Assembly: GCA_965242925.1 (NCBI GenBank)
Contig: CBDEUM010000012.1
Span: 128,001-192,000 of the forward strand
Length of the DNA: 64,000 nucleotides
Origin: Roseibacillus sp.
GTDB taxonomy: Bacteria > Verrucomicrobiota > Verrucomicrobiia > Verrucomicrobiales > Akkermansiaceae
Direction: 5' to 3'
The translations under genes were made by a program, and so were the position numbers. Numbering within the stretch: position 1 is the first letter of the stretch; each line of letters opens with the position of its first letter. Positions 29,549 to 39,619 of the stretch are shown here, piece after piece. The notes under the pieces are model-generated. The model had not been told where the DNA came from, made no database searches, and worked only from the letters and a program-made list of their open reading frames with translations.

Positions 29549-29647
29549 GGTAGCGGGTCAGCTTTGATTTCGGCTTAAGCGCACTCTTTAGTTAGCTGCA
29601 CAGATGACGGACTTACCACGGCGAAGCGGAGCAAATCCCGGTCCGGG

Positions 29648-29890
29648 TCAGTCGATTTTCTTGATCTTCTTGACGTTGGAAATGTGAATTGGCCCATCCT
29701 TCTCGAGGATTCCGCCATCGGGGTTCTGTTCAGAACGCCGCACGGATTTTTTCATCACGCGGACACCTTCCACGATGACTTGTTCGCGCTCGGCGTGCAC
29801 TTCAAGCACCTTACCTTGCTTGCCCTTGTAGTTGCCGGCAATGACCTTGACTTCATCACCGGGTTTTACGTGTGTCTTGATGCGGGCCAT
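29648..29890 (-). CDS. rplX: 50S ribosomal protein L24 (short, 80 aa)
   Basis: KOW motif [14 protein letters not shown] and PIHISNV. Confidence 0.97.
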   Translation of the reverse strand: MARIKTHVKPGDEVKVIAGNYKGKQGKVLEVHAEREQVIVEGVRVMKKSVRRSEQNPDGGILEKDGPIHISNVKKIKKID

Positions 29891-29930
29891 GGGATGGAAA
29901 TGGATTGTTTAAGTAATTGATTCTCGCAGA

Positions 29931-30299
29931 TCAAAGAACTTCAGGAGCGAGAGAAACGATTTTCATGAAATTCTTTTCGCGGAGCTCACGAGCTACCGGA
30001 CCGAAAATGCGGGTGCCACGCGGGTTGCCATCCTTGTCAATGATGACGACCGCATTGCCGTCAAAACGGAGGATGGAGCCGTCGCGACGACGAATAGGGG
30101 CTGCCGTCCGGACGACCACGGCCTTCACCACCGAACCCTTCTTGATGGAGGCGGTGGGAATAGCTTCCCGCACGTGAGCAGTGATAATGTCGCCCACGTC
30201 GGCGCTCTTGTTGCCGCCCTTGCCGATGACTCCGATCATCTTGGCGATGCGGGCCCCCGTGTTGTCGGCGACTTCAACTTTGGATTCCATCTGGATCAT
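29931..30299 (-). CDS. rplN: 50S ribosomal protein L14
   Basis: Motifs MIQ..., [26 protein letters not shown]. Confidence 0.99.
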   Translation of the reverse strand: MIQMESKVEVADNTGARIAKMIGVIGKGGNKSADVGDIITAHVREAIPTASIKKGSVVKAVVVRTAAPIRRRDGSILRFDGNAVVIIDKDGNPRGTRIFGPVARELREKNFMKIVSLAPEVL

Positions 30300-30334
30300 G
30301 GCTATGAGTGATGTAGGAGGTTGAAACGGGTGAC

Positions 30335-30601
30335 TTAGTGGTGGGAGAGAACCTCAGCAAGACGCCAGCGCTTGATCTTCGATATCGGACGGGTCTCTTC
30401 GATTCGCACCCTGTCTCCGACGGCCGCCTCTCCGTTCTCATCATGCGCATAGAATTTCTTCGTGCGCTTGATGATTTTCTTGAACTTCGGGTGTCGCACG
30501 CGGGCGATAAACTCCACCACGATGGTTTTATCCATCTTGATGGAAATCACATTTCCGACCCGCTGCTTACGCAGGCCCTGCTTCTTTTCTGTATCAGACA
30601 T
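30335..30601 (-). CDS. rpsQ: 30S ribosomal protein S17
   Basis: Motifs [26 protein letters not shown]. Confidence 0.99.
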   Translation of the reverse strand: MSDTEKKQGLRKQRVGNVISIKMDKTIVVEFIARVRHPKFKKIIKRTKKFYAHDENGEAAVGDRVRIEETRPISKIKRWRLAEVLSHH

Positions 30602-30610
30602 GGATCGAAA

Positions 30611-30850
30611 TCAGTTTGTTTCTGTTCGCTGGCCCTGCTCGGATGCCACTGTCTGGTGACGGCGATCGCTCAGGGTAGTCATCACACGAGCGGCTTCCCG
30701 ACGCACCAGGCGTAGACGGGCGCTGTTCTCCAGCTGCCCAGTCGATTGCTGGAGACGGAGGTTCAGTCCCTCCTGTTTGAGATCCCGCAGGCGCACCTGG
30801 AGTTCCTCAGTGCTCAGCTCGCGAATTTCGCTAATCTTGATTTGGGGCAT
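30611..30850 (-). CDS. rpmC: 50S ribosomal protein L29
   Basis: IRELSTEEL...LRLQ..TGQLEN..R...VRR..AR..T; position between rplP and rpsQ. Confidence 0.96.
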   Translation of the reverse strand: MPQIKISEIRELSTEELQVRLRDLKQEGLNLRLQQSTGQLENSARLRLVRREAARVMTTLSDRRHQTVASEQGQRTETN

Positions 30851-30888
30851 CGTTCTGGCGTTTGGTTAAAAGAAATGACGCTGGCGGC

Positions 30889-31311
30889 CTAGGCGGAGTG
30901 GTGGGAGCGGGAGACGAAGCGCGTGCGGATGCCAAGCTTGTAGGAAGCCAGGCGCATTGCTTCCCGGGCCGCGCTCTCAGGCACCCCGGCGATTTCGAAG
31001 AGCATTGTTCCGGGCCGAATCACAGCCACCCAGCCTTCCACCGGGCCCTTGCCCTTACCCATCCGCGTCTCGGGAGGGCGGGAAGTGATCGGCTTATGAG
31101 GAAAGACGCGAATCCATACTTTCCCTTTCCGACTGAGCTCGCGGTTGATCGCAACCCGGCAGGCTTCAATCTGGCGACTGCTCATCCAGCCCCGGTCAAG
31201 AGCCTGCAGACCGAAATCGCCAAAGCTGACGTTCACTCCACGGCTGGCATTGCCTCCCCGGTTGCCGCGTTGCGACTTGCGGTATTTAACACGTTTTGGA
31301 ATCTGTGCCAT
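30889..31311 (-). CDS. rplP: 50S ribosomal protein L16
   Basis: Motifs [26 protein letters not shown] ribosome-binding site upstream. Confidence 0.99.
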   Translation of the reverse strand: MAQIPKRVKYRKSQRGNRGGNASRGVNVSFGDFGLQALDRGWMSSRQIEACRVAINRELSRKGKVWIRVFPHKPITSRPPETRMGKGKGPVEGWVAVIRPGTMLFEIAGVPESAAREAMRLASYKLGIRTRFVSRSHHSA

Positions 31312-31329
31312 ATTTCTGGTTCCTTAATA

Positions 31330-32315
31330 CTAGCTGGGTTTGTTGCCGCCGGTGGGAGCTCCCCCGCCCGGTCCAGGTCCACCAGGTCCACCAGGTCCAC
31401 CAGGTCCACCAGGTCCACCAGGTCCACCAGGTCCACCAGGTCCACCAGGTCCACCAGGTCCACCAGGTCCACCAGGTCCACCAGGTCCACCAGGTCCACC
31501 AGGTCCACAGGTCCACCAGGTCCACCAGGTCCACCAGGTCCACCAGGTCCACCAGGTCCACGTCCACCAGGTCCACCAGGTCCACGTCCACCAGGTCCGC
31601 CCGGTCCACGTCCACCAGGTCCCCGCCCGCCGCGACGATCATCCCGACGCTGGGGCCGGGATCCCCGGCTACCACCGCCCTCTTTCTCACTCTTCTCCTT
31701 GCGATTGATCCAGCACTTCACGCCAATGATCCCATAGACGGTCCTGGCTTCTGCAAATCCGTAGTCGATGGGCACCCGCAAGGTCTGCAGGGGGACTTTC
31801 CCTTCCCGGTACCACTCGGCCCGCGCGATATCGGAACCTCCGAGACGACCTGCACAGCGAATCCGGATCCCCTCCGCTCCAAAATCCATGGCCGTCTGGA
31901 GCGTACGCTTCATGGCGCGCCGGAAACTGATCCGGCGCTCCAACTGGACGGCGACGTTTTCGGCCACCAACTGAGCGTCGAGTTCCGGATCTCGGACTTC
32001 CACGATGTCAATCTTCACCTGGGCCTCACCACAGATCTTCCCAATATCTTTCGTCATACGCTCGATCTCCGATCCCTTCCGTCCGATCACGAGACCAGGA
32101 CGGGAGGTATGAAGCGTGACGCGAACGCTGTTCCAGGCCCGTTCGACAACCACCTTGGAGAGAGCGGCAAACTGAAGACGGCCACTCAGATACTTGCGGA
32201 CCTTCAGGTCCTCATGGAGCTTCTCGCGGTAGTCCTCGCCCTCGGCGTACCACTTGGAACGCCAATCGTGGTTAACAACGAGTCGGAATCCGATAGGATT
32301 TACTTTATGTCCCAT
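31330..32315 (-). CDS. rpsC: 30S ribosomal protein S3 with a (GGP)n C-terminal tail and a 1-nt deletion in the repeat
   Basis: Motifs [41 protein letters not shown]. Restoring one base near 31508 ends the gene ...[13 protein letters not shown] at 31330, just before the rplP RBS. As assembled it reads through to 31233. Confidence 0.95.
31376..31620. repeat. 9-bp tandem repeat (GGTCCACCA)n in the 3' end of rpsC
   Basis: 14 perfect units (31376-31501), one 8-bp unit (31502-31509), 5 more perfect units, then degenerate units encoding GRGPGGP. Confidence 0.98.
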
Positions 32316-32340
32316 AATTCTTGGTGTTGGGGAAAGGGTA

Positions 32341-32952
32341 TCAGTCTTCTTTCTTTTCTTCCTCCGCGGCCTGCTGGCCCTCGGAGGACTCATCGGAAAC
32401 TTCCTCTGCGATTTCGCTCACCTCGTCGATTGCTTCCGCTTCGGGTTCATTAGAGATCTCCTCCGTAACTGGAGCAGACTCAACATTGGTCAGATCGTCG
32501 TTTTCCTGCGTAGCCGGCACCTCTTCCTCCGTCTCCTCGATCTCAGGCTCTTTCACCTTCGGCGCGGGCTTCTTCTTGCTCTTGGGCTTGCGGTCGCGAG
32601 CGGGCTTCTCCTCCACTTCCATTTCATCGGTGAGGATGATATAGATGTGACTGGTGCGTTTGCGGATGGCGCTGGCCGATCCGCGAGCACGGGGCTTGTA
32701 GCGACGGAAGGAGGGGCCATCCGAGATGTTGGCTTCCTTCACATGGAGGCTGTCAGCCGCCAGGTCGTGATTGTTCTCGGCATTGGCCACCGCGCTCTTG
32801 AGCGTCTTTCCGATCAGAAAGGCCGCCTTCTTGGGGGTGAAATTGAGGGTATCGATGGCGTCGGATACCGGGAGACCTTGAATCTCACGGGCCACATCCC
32901 GTGCCTTCTTGGGCGAGATGCGCGCATACTTGTAAACGGAACGAACTTCCAT
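32341..32952 (-). CDS. rplV: 50S ribosomal protein L22 with a basic-then-acidic C-terminal extension of about 90 aa
   Basis: Core motifs RISPKKAR, LKSAVANAE, PRARG, KRTSHI, followed by a Lys-rich then Glu-rich tail. Confidence 0.97.
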   Translation of the reverse strand: MEVRSVYKYARISPKKARDVAREIQGLPVSDAIDTLNFTPKKAAFLIGKTLKSAVANAENNHDLAADSLHVKEANISDGPSFRRYKPRARGSASAIRKRTSHIYIILTDEMEVEEKPARDRKPKSKKKPAPKVKEPEIEETEEEVPATQENDDLTNVESAPVTEEISNEPEAEAIDEVSEIAEEVSDESSEGQQAAEEEKKED

Positions 32953-32969
32953 GACAGGAGGGGGAGAGA

Positions 32970-33686
32970 TTAGTTCTTCTTGAGGGAAGCGGTGTCGTTG
33001 AATCGCACCGGATTGTTTTCGTTTTGGAGTTGCTGAACGAACACCCCGCAAATATCGGGGCGCACATCGGCCACCATCGCTTCAGCCACTACCTGGTCGC
33101 CACGCATGATGTTAAAAATCATTCCGATCCGCGCATTCTCCTTCGTGCCCACGTTAAGCACCACCAGACCACTCTTTTCATCGATGCTCTTGACGAGAGC
33201 ATGCTGGAGATTTCCACGGTCGATATTCTGTTCAGGTTTGTTGCGCAATCCCAGTTCCACCTCCAGAGCCCGCAGGTGAGCCTCAAGTTGAGATCGGGCC
33301 TCGGGATCGGCTGTGATGGCGGTCTTGATGAAGGCCTGCGCCGCAGCCGAAAGACGGATGGAAGTTTCCTCCAACCGGCGCAGACGGCGGTCCAGCACGG
33401 TCACGTTCTGCCAGGCCTCCACCGTACGCTCATCGCCATCGCTGAGGAGATCCTTGCCCAAGGCCTGCAGTCGCACCTTGATCTTGACCAGTGCCTCGGC
33501 GGATTCCTTCTCGCGCCTGTTCGCTTCCACCAGGCTTTCTTGCAAACTGCCATTCCGGATTTTCAGTCGAGCGTTTTCGGCCTGGAGCCGAGTCAGGTCG
33601 TCCAACTCCTGACCTCCGGCCACCGAAACTCCCGCCCCTGCCGCCAGAATGGCGCCGAGGATGAACTTTGCGGGAGTATACTTCAT
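32970..33686 (-). CDS. Hypothetical exported coiled-coil protein inside the S10 operon
   Basis: Signal peptide MKYTPAKFILGAILAAGAGVSVA, heptad-rich helical middle, C-terminal beta domain (LVVLNVG...G..F.I.RG). Co-oriented, with 38-nt and 17-nt gaps to its neighbours. Confidence 0.85.
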   Translation of the reverse strand: MKYTPAKFILGAILAAGAGVSVAGGQELDDLTRLQAENARLKIRNGSLQESLVEANRREKESAEALVKIKVRLQALGKDLLSDGDERTVEAWQNVTVLDRRLRRLEETSIRLSAAAQAFIKTAITADPEARSQLEAHLRALEVELGLRNKPEQNIDRGNLQHALVKSIDEKSGLVVLNVGTKENARIGMIFNIMRGDQVVAEAMVADVRPDICGVFVQQLQNENNPVRFNDTASLKKN

Positions 33687-33724
33687 GTGGAGCGAAGGGT
33701 GGAGTTGCAGGATTCTTCTACGCG

Positions 33725-33994
33725 TTATGTTTTGCCCACGCCCCCGTGAGCCCTGAAAATACGAGTGGGGGCAAATTCGCCCAGCTTGTGACCCACCATG
33801 TTTTCGGTGACATAGACATTGGTGAACACCTTCCCGCTGTGCACGAGGAAGGTGAGCCCCACGAAATCCGGCGTAATCATGGACCGGCGACTCCAGGTCT
33901 TGATTGGCTTCTTATCACCCTGGGCGACCGCAGTATCGATCTTGGCCAGAAGTTTCTGGTCAACGAAAGGACCTTTCTTGAGGGAACGTGGCAT
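33725..33994 (-). CDS. rpsS: 30S ribosomal protein S19
   Basis: Motifs [28 protein letters not shown]. Confidence 0.99.
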   Translation of the reverse strand: MPRSLKKGPFVDQKLLAKIDTAVAQGDKKPIKTWSRRSMITPDFVGLTFLVHSGKVFTNVYVTENMVGHKLGEFAPTRIFRAHGGVGKT

Positions 33995-34006
33995 GATTCA
34001 GAGTGG

Positions 34007-34849
34007 TTAACGCTTCTTCGACTTACGGCGCTCGACAATAACCTTATTGCTGGCCTTGTGTTTGGAGCGCGTACGCTGCCCCTTGGTATGACCCCAGGGT
34101 GACTTCAGGTGCTGGCGACCGCCGCCGGACTTGGACTTGCCCTCCCCGCCACCGTTGGGATGGTCGACCGGGTTCATGCACATTCCACGCACGGTCGGGC
34201 GGACACCCTTCCAGCGGGTCCGGCCGGCCTTGCCGGAGACCTCATTCATGTGATCGCGGTTTCCAACCTGACCGATCGTGCAATAGCAATTCTCGTGGAA
34301 GCGGCGGATTTCGCCCGACGGCATCTTGATCAGGGCGTATCCACCTTCCCGGTTGGAGACCACTGCCTGCTGTCCAGCAGATCGGGCCACCTTCCCTCCT
34401 CCTCCCGGACGCAATTCAATGTTATGAACGGCCGTTCCAAGCGGAACGCTCTTGAGAGGCATCGCGTTGCCGGGAGTAGGCGGAGCATTATCCCCTGCCA
34501 GCACGGTAGCTCCCACCTGAAGTCCCACCGGACAGAGGATATAAGCCTTCTCGCCATCGGAATAGTCAATGAGAGCGATACGGCAGGTCCGGTTCGGATC
34601 GTACTCCACCGCGATCACCCGGGCCTCCACCTCGCGCTTCCTTCGCTTGAAATCAATCAGGCGGTATTTGCGCTTGTGACCTCCGCCGATATGACGACAG
34701 GTGATTCTGCCCTGGTTGTTCCGACCCCCGCTCTTGGGAAGCGGTTCGGTCAGTCCCTTCTCGGGCTTCTTCTTGGTGATCTCCTCGTAGGTCGGCCACA
34801 TCTTGTAGCGGTTCGACGGAGTCACTGGTTTGAAGCTTCTAAGTGGCAT
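34007..34849 (-). CDS. rplB: 50S ribosomal protein L2
   Basis: Motifs [30 protein letters not shown]. Confidence 0.99.
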   Translation of the reverse strand: MPLRSFKPVTPSNRYKMWPTYEEITKKKPEKGLTEPLPKSGGRNNQGRITCRHIGGGHKRKYRLIDFKRRKREVEARVIAVEYDPNRTCRIALIDYSDGEKAYILCPVGLQVGATVLAGDNAPPTPGNAMPLKSVPLGTAVHNIELRPGGGGKVARSAGQQAVVSNREGGYALIKMPSGEIRRFHENCYCTIGQVGNRDHMNEVSGKAGRTRWKGVRPTVRGMCMNPVDHPNGGGEGKSKSGGGRQHLKSPWGHTKGQRTRSKHKASNKVIVERRKSKKR

Positions 34850-34937
34850 GATTGGAAATTGGTTAAATCGCTAAATCGTCAATTTGTTGATTCGGATCCG
34901 GCTTCCCTAATTCAAATCTATTCAACGGGTTGAATCG

Positions 34938-35222
34938 CTAGATGAGATCGATGGTGTCTCCGTCCTTCAGGCGAACCATGGCCTTCTTCCAGGATGCAGT
35001 CTTGCCCTGGTCCGCACGGCGCTCTCGCTTGACCTTGCCGCTGTAATTGGCCGTGCGCACGCCAATCACCTTCACCCCGAAGGCCTGCTCTACAGCACGC
35101 CTGATCTCGATCTTGTTGGCACGACGGTCCACCTTGAAGACGTATTCATTGTTGAGCTCCTGCAGCAGGGTGGACTTCTCGGAAAGTCTCACGTTATCGA
35201 TGACGGAGTAGATGTCTCTCAT
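34938..35222 (-). CDS. rplW: 50S ribosomal protein L23
   Basis: Motifs SEKS, F.V...ANK.EI..AVE..F.VKV, WKKA.V.L. Confidence 0.98.
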   Translation of the reverse strand: MRDIYSVIDNVRLSEKSTLLQELNNEYVFKVDRRANKIEIRRAVEQAFGVKVIGVRTANYSGKVKRERRADQGKTASWKKAMVRLKDGDTIDLI

Positions 35223-35242
35223 TGTTCAGTGGGGTTCGTTCC

Positions 35243-35854
35243 TTAGCTGGTCCGCGTCGCCAGCACCTCCAGGGCGTCGGCAGTAAGGATAATGGTATCG
35301 TGATAAAGAAGCTCCTCGATGGTGACCTCATTGGCCGGAAGACACATCACACCCGGGAGGTTCCGGTGGGCAAGGAGGGTCCTGTCATCGAACTTGGGCG
35401 CAACCACCAGAACCTTGGTGGCGTCGGTGATCTTCCGCACTTCAGCCTGGAAGGATTTCGTCTTGCCGTCTGCAATCTCAAACGAATCGACCACCTGGAT
35501 GCTCCCGTTCGCAATGCAATCGCCCAACACACGCTGGAGCGCCAGTTTGCGGATCTTCTTGGGAACATTCTTTGAGTAGTCACGCGGACGTGGGCCATGA
35601 GCCACTCCACCTCCGACATATAAAGGCACCTTCGAAGTGCGGTGACGAGCATTACCCGTGCCCTTCTGGCGGTACATCTTACTCCCGGTTCCCCGGATCT
35701 CTCCACGGGTCTTGGTGTTGGCGGTTCCCGAGCGACGATTCGCCTGGTAGGCCACGATCAGGTCGTGCACGGCCTGATCCCCCTTCTCGCGGTTTTCCAC
35801 GATGGTCAGGTTAGCAGCCTTGGCGGCTTCAAGAGTGAGCGTTTTGTCGGACAT
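35243..35854 (-). CDS. rplD: 50S ribosomal protein L4
   Basis: Motifs [30 protein letters not shown]. Confidence 0.99.
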   Translation of the reverse strand: MSDKTLTLEAAKAANLTIVENREKGDQAVHDLIVAYQANRRSGTANTKTRGEIRGTGSKMYRQKGTGNARHRTSKVPLYVGGGVAHGPRPRDYSKNVPKKIRKLALQRVLGDCIANGSIQVVDSFEIADGKTKSFQAEVRKITDATKVLVVAPKFDDRTLLAHRNLPGVMCLPANEVTIEELLYHDTIILTADALEVLATRTS

Positions 35855-35884
35855 GTTGCTTCCTGGTTAAGGGGTTCGGTGTAG

Positions 35885-36538
35885 TTATTCCGCGGCAGCA
35901 GGAGCGGACTTTTTCTTCGCAGGACGCACAACAACATAACTTCCCTTTGACCCCGGAACCGCGCCCGAAACAAGGATCACGTTGTCGTCCGGACGCACCT
36001 GCACGATTTTCAGGTTCTGAGTGGTGCGGTTGCGCTGACCATCGTGCCCGGGCATGCGCTGGTTCTTCCAGATCCGACCCGGCCAGGTTCCTGCTCCGAC
36101 CGCCCCGGGACGCCGGTGAGTCATATGACCATGGGAGCCGGGTCCGCCCGCGAATTTGTAGCGCTTGACCACGCCCTGAAAACCCTTCCCCTTGGTCGTG
36201 CCGATCACATCCACCCACTGGCCGTCCTGAAAGAGCCCGACACCCGGGTGGGACTCGGGAAGTTCTTCACCCTCATCCAGATGGAACTCCCGGATAACGC
36301 GTTTGGCGGAAATTCCGTGCTTCTTGAGATGCCCCATCGCCGGTTGCTTCATGCGCTGCTCCTTCTGGTCGGAGTATGCCACCTGCACCGCATTGTAGCC
36401 GTCCTTGCTGTCGCTCGTCTTGCGTTGTACGAACTCATTACCGGTCACATCGATCACGGTGACCGGGATCGCGCTCCCGGCCTCCTGGTCGAAGACCCGG
36501 GTCATCCCGATTTTTTTGCCAATCAGTCCTAGTGACAT
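35885..36538 (-). CDS. rplC: 50S ribosomal protein L3
   Basis: Motifs GKKIGMT, DGY.AVQ, KGKGFQG.VKR, SHG..HRRPG, GAVPG. Confidence 0.99.
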   Translation of the reverse strand: MSLGLIGKKIGMTRVFDQEAGSAIPVTVIDVTGNEFVQRKTSDSKDGYNAVQVAYSDQKEQRMKQPAMGHLKKHGISAKRVIREFHLDEGEELPESHPGVGLFQDGQWVDVIGTTKGKGFQGVVKRYKFAGGPGSHGHMTHRRPGAVGAGTWPGRIWKNQRMPGHDGQRNRTTQNLKIVQVRPDDNVILVSGAVPGSKGSYVVVRPAKKKSAPAAAE

Positions 36539-36570
36539 GGTTGCGTGGAGTTGAATATTTCGGTCTGGAT

Positions 36571-36879
36571 CTAGATGCGGATCGTAATGTCCACCCCGGC
36601 AGGGAGATTGAGTTTCTTGAGTTCGTCCACTGTCCGGGAGGTTGGATCCACAATATCGAGAAGACGCTTATGGGTCCTGATCTCAAACTGCTCGGCTGAT
36701 TTCTTGTTCACGTGCGGAGAGCGGTTCACGGAGAACTTCTCGATCCGGGTCGGCAGGGGAATCGGGCCCGCTATCTTCGCTCCCGTGCGCTTGGCCGTTT
36801 CCACTATCTCCATTGCGGACTTGTCGATCGCCCGATGGTCAAAGGCCCGGAGGCGGATTCTGATTTTCTGGTTTTCCAT
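36571..36879 (-). CDS. rpsJ: 30S ribosomal protein S10
   Basis: Motifs [31 protein letters not shown]. Confidence 0.99.
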   Translation of the reverse strand: MENQKIRIRLRAFDHRAIDKSAMEIVETAKRTGAKIAGPIPLPTRIEKFSVNRSPHVNKKSAEQFEIRTHKRLLDIVDPTSRTVDELKKLNLPAGVDITIRI

Positions 36880-36910
36880 GACGAGAGAAGGGTGTTGGTT
36901 CCGGGGCTGG

Positions 36911-39067
36911 TCAGGCGGCTACTGTTCCGCGTTCCTTGCAGATAGATTCCACTATCGACTGCGGAACGGGATCGAAACTGGCGGGAGTCATCACAAAAGA
37001 GGCGCGTCCCGATGAAATGGTACGAACGTCCGTCGCGTAGCCGAACATTTCAGCCAGGGGCACCTTTGCCCTCACGATGGCCACGTTGCCCTTGGTGCCC
37101 ATTTCCTGAATGTGCCCCCGTCGGCGGTTGATATCGCCCATGATGTCACCCTGGTATTCTTCCGGTGTGGTCACTTCCACATCCATGATGGGTTCCAGCA
37201 GGATGGGTCTGGCCTTCTTGAAGGCGTTCTTCATGGCGAAAATGGCCGCCATTTTGAAAGCGTTTTCGTTGGAGTCGACATCGTGCGATGAACCGTCCGT
37301 GATATTGACGTGCACGTCCACCACCGGATAACCGGCCACCACCCCGTTGGTCATGGCTTCTCCCACGCCCGCGTTGACCGCATTCATGTATTCCTTGGGA
37401 ATCGCTCCACCCACCACCAGGCTCTTGGTCGTCAGACCGCTTCCCTTTTCGCTGGGAGCCACATCAAGGACCACGTGCCCATACTGGCCGCGACCACCGG
37501 TCTGCTTCTTGAGAAGCCCCTCACCATCCGCTTCAGTCGTGATCGTCTCGCGGTAGGCGATCTGGGGCTTGCCCACGTTCGCTTCCACGCTGAACTCCCG
37601 TCGCAAACGGTCGATAATGACCTCCAGGTGCAGTTCCCCCATCCCGGAGATAATGGTCTGCCCGGTCTCCTCATCGGTATATACCACGAAGGTGGGATCC
37701 TCCTCCATGAGACGTCCGAGGCCCATCGACATCTTCTCCTGATCAGCAGTGGTCCTGGGCTCCACCGCCATCGAGATGACCGGTTCCGGGAAGCTCGGCG
37801 GCTCAAGTAAAATATCGAATTTCTGGGCACAAAGAGTGTCACCCGTGGTCACGTTCTTAATCCCCACGACAGCCGCAATGTCACCCGCATAGCAGGTCTG
37901 GATCTCCTCGTGCTTGTCAGCCTGGATCTGGATCAGGCGGCCAATCCGTTCCTTCTTGCGAGTTCGTGGGTTAAAGACCGTGTCACCCTTGGAAACCGTA
38001 CCGGAGTAAACGCGGAAGAAGACCAGTTTCCCCACGTACTTGTCGGCCCACAGCTTGAAGGCCAACGAGCAGAACTTTCCATTGTCATCCGTGGGAGCGA
38101 TCACTTCCACATCTTCATCATCTGCCTCCTGCCCCTTGGCGGCAGGAATCTCGAGCGGACTGGGGAGATAGTCCACCACTGCGTCCACCAGATACTGGAC
38201 CCCTTTATTCTTGAAGGCCGACCCCCCCGCAATGGGGACCACCTTGTTCGCAATGGTGGCGCGGCGCATCGCACGCTTGAGGTCTGTCACCGTGATTTCT
38301 TCCTCCTTGAGAAACTTCTCACCCAACTCGTCGTCAATGTTGGCGAGGGTGTCGAGAATCTCAACGTAAGCCTCCTCCGCGAGAATCAACTGCTGATCAT
38401 CGAGATCCATGATCTCAAAGGTCGAACCCAGTGCATCGTTCTCGGTGTAGACCACCGCCTTCTTGTTGAGCACGTCGATTTGCCCCTTGAGCTGGTCCTC
38501 TGCGCCGATTGGGATGAGAATCCGGAGCGGGGTGGCTCCCAGTTTCTCCCGCACCTCGTCCACCACGTGCTGAAAGTCCGCCCCCACCCGGTCCATCTTG
38601 TTGACGAATACGATGCGGGGAACACTGTATTTGGAAGCCTGCCGCCAGACTGTCTCGGTCTGCGGCTGCACGCCAGCCACTCCGCAGAAAACAACAATCG
38701 CTCCGTCCAGAACGCGGAGGGAACGCTCAACTTCGGCGGTAAAATCAACGTGTCCCGGGGTATCGATGATGTTGACCCGCTGTTTCTGTTCTTCGAACAG
38801 CTTGCAGACACTCTCGTCCTTCTCCTGGACCCACTCACAGGTCACCGCCGCAGAGGTAATGGTGATTCCCCGCTCACGCTCCTGCTCCATATGATCGGTA
38901 GTCGTTGCACCATCATGCACCTCCCCGATCCGGTGAATCATCCCGGTATAGAAGAGAATCCGCTCGGTAAGCGTTGTCTTCCCGGCGTCAATATGTGCCG
39001 CAATCCCGATATTCCGCGTCCGCTCAAGCGGGTACGGTCGATCGGGGCTGTTCGGACTTTCAGACAT
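36911..39067 (-). CDS. fusA: Elongation factor G
   Basis: Motifs [40 protein letters not shown]. Confidence 0.99.
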   Translation of the reverse strand: MSESPNSPDRPYPLERTRNIGIAAHIDAGKTTLTERILFYTGMIHRIGEVHDGATTTDHMEQERERGITITSAAVTCEWVQEKDESVCKLFEEQKQRVNIIDTPGHVDFTAEVERSLRVLDGAIVVFCGVAGVQPQTETVWRQASKYSVPRIVFVNKMDRVGADFQHVVDEVREKLGATPLRILIPIGAEDQLKGQIDVLNKKAVVYTENDALGSTFEIMDLDDQQLILAEEAYVEILDTLANIDDELGEKFLKEEEITVTDLKRAMRRATIANKVVPIAGGSAFKNKGVQYLVDAVVDYLPSPLEIPAAKGQEADDEDVEVIAPTDDNGKFCSLAFKLWADKYVGKLVFFRVYSGTVSKGDTVFNPRTRKKERIGRLIQIQADKHEEIQTCYAGDIAAVVGIKNVTTGDTLCAQKFDILLEPPSFPEPVISMAVEPRTTADQEKMSMGLGRLMEEDPTFVVYTDEETGQTIISGMGELHLEVIIDRLRREFSVEANVGKPQIAYRETITTEADGEGLLKKQTGGRGQYGHVVLDVAPSEKGSGLTTKSLVVGGAIPKEYMNAVNAGVGEAMTNGVVAGYPVVDVHVNITDGSSHDVDSNENAFKMAAIFAMKNAFKKARPILLEPIMDVEVTTPEEYQGDIMGDINRRRGHIQEMGTKGNVAIVRAKVPLAEMFGYATDVRTISSGRASFVMTPASFDPVPQSIVESICKERGTVAA

Positions 39068-39112
39068 TCGGGGAAATGCGGCTGTAGCGGTGGCGAGCAT
39101 CAAATCTGTTTC

Positions 39113-39586
39113 TTACCAGCGGAAGTGGGCAAAGGCGCGGTTGGCCTGCGCCATCTTGTGAACGTCGTCGCGCTTGCGAACCGCTCCACCGGTATTATTG
39201 GAGGCATCCTTGATTTCATTGGCAAGGGCGACGTGCATCGGGGTGCCCTTGCGACCACGTGCAAATCCGATAATCCAGCGCATTGCGAGAGCTTCGGACC
39301 GGGAGGCCGCCACCTCGAGGGGAACCTGGTATGTGGCTCCACCAACCCGACGGCTTTTCACCTCCACCCGCGGCTTGGAATTCTCGAGCGCCCGCGTGAC
39401 CACCTCTAGCGGATCAACGGTGTCGGTTCCTTCATTGGCCTTATCGATGGCGGCGTAAACGATCCGCTCAGCCAGGGATCTCTTGCCATCCTTCATCACC
39501 TTGGCGATGAGATGTCCGATCAGATCGCTGTCGAACTTTGGATCCCGTCGATCGGGCTTGTGGTAAACTTTTTTTCTTCGGGCCAT
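39113..39586 (-). CDS. rpsG: 30S ribosomal protein S7
   Basis: Motifs SRRVGGATYQVP, HKMAQANRAFAH. Confidence 0.99.
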   Translation of the reverse strand: MARRKKVYHKPDRRDPKFDSDLIGHLIAKVMKDGKRSLAERIVYAAIDKANEGTDTVDPLEVVTRALENSKPRVEVKSRRVGGATYQVPLEVAASRSEALAMRWIIGFARGRKGTPMHVALANEIKDASNNTGGAVRKRDDVHKMAQANRAFAHFRW

Positions 39587-39619
39587 GCTAGTATCTCCCT
39601 TTTCGTTTTCAGGTTCAGA

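Noticed and set aside
31340..31708. Collagen-like (GPP)n ORF, plus (QVH)n and (RST)n ORFs, on the + strand
   Set aside because: These are antisense shadows of the stop-free 9-bp repeat in rpsC; they have no independent domain or signal peptide.
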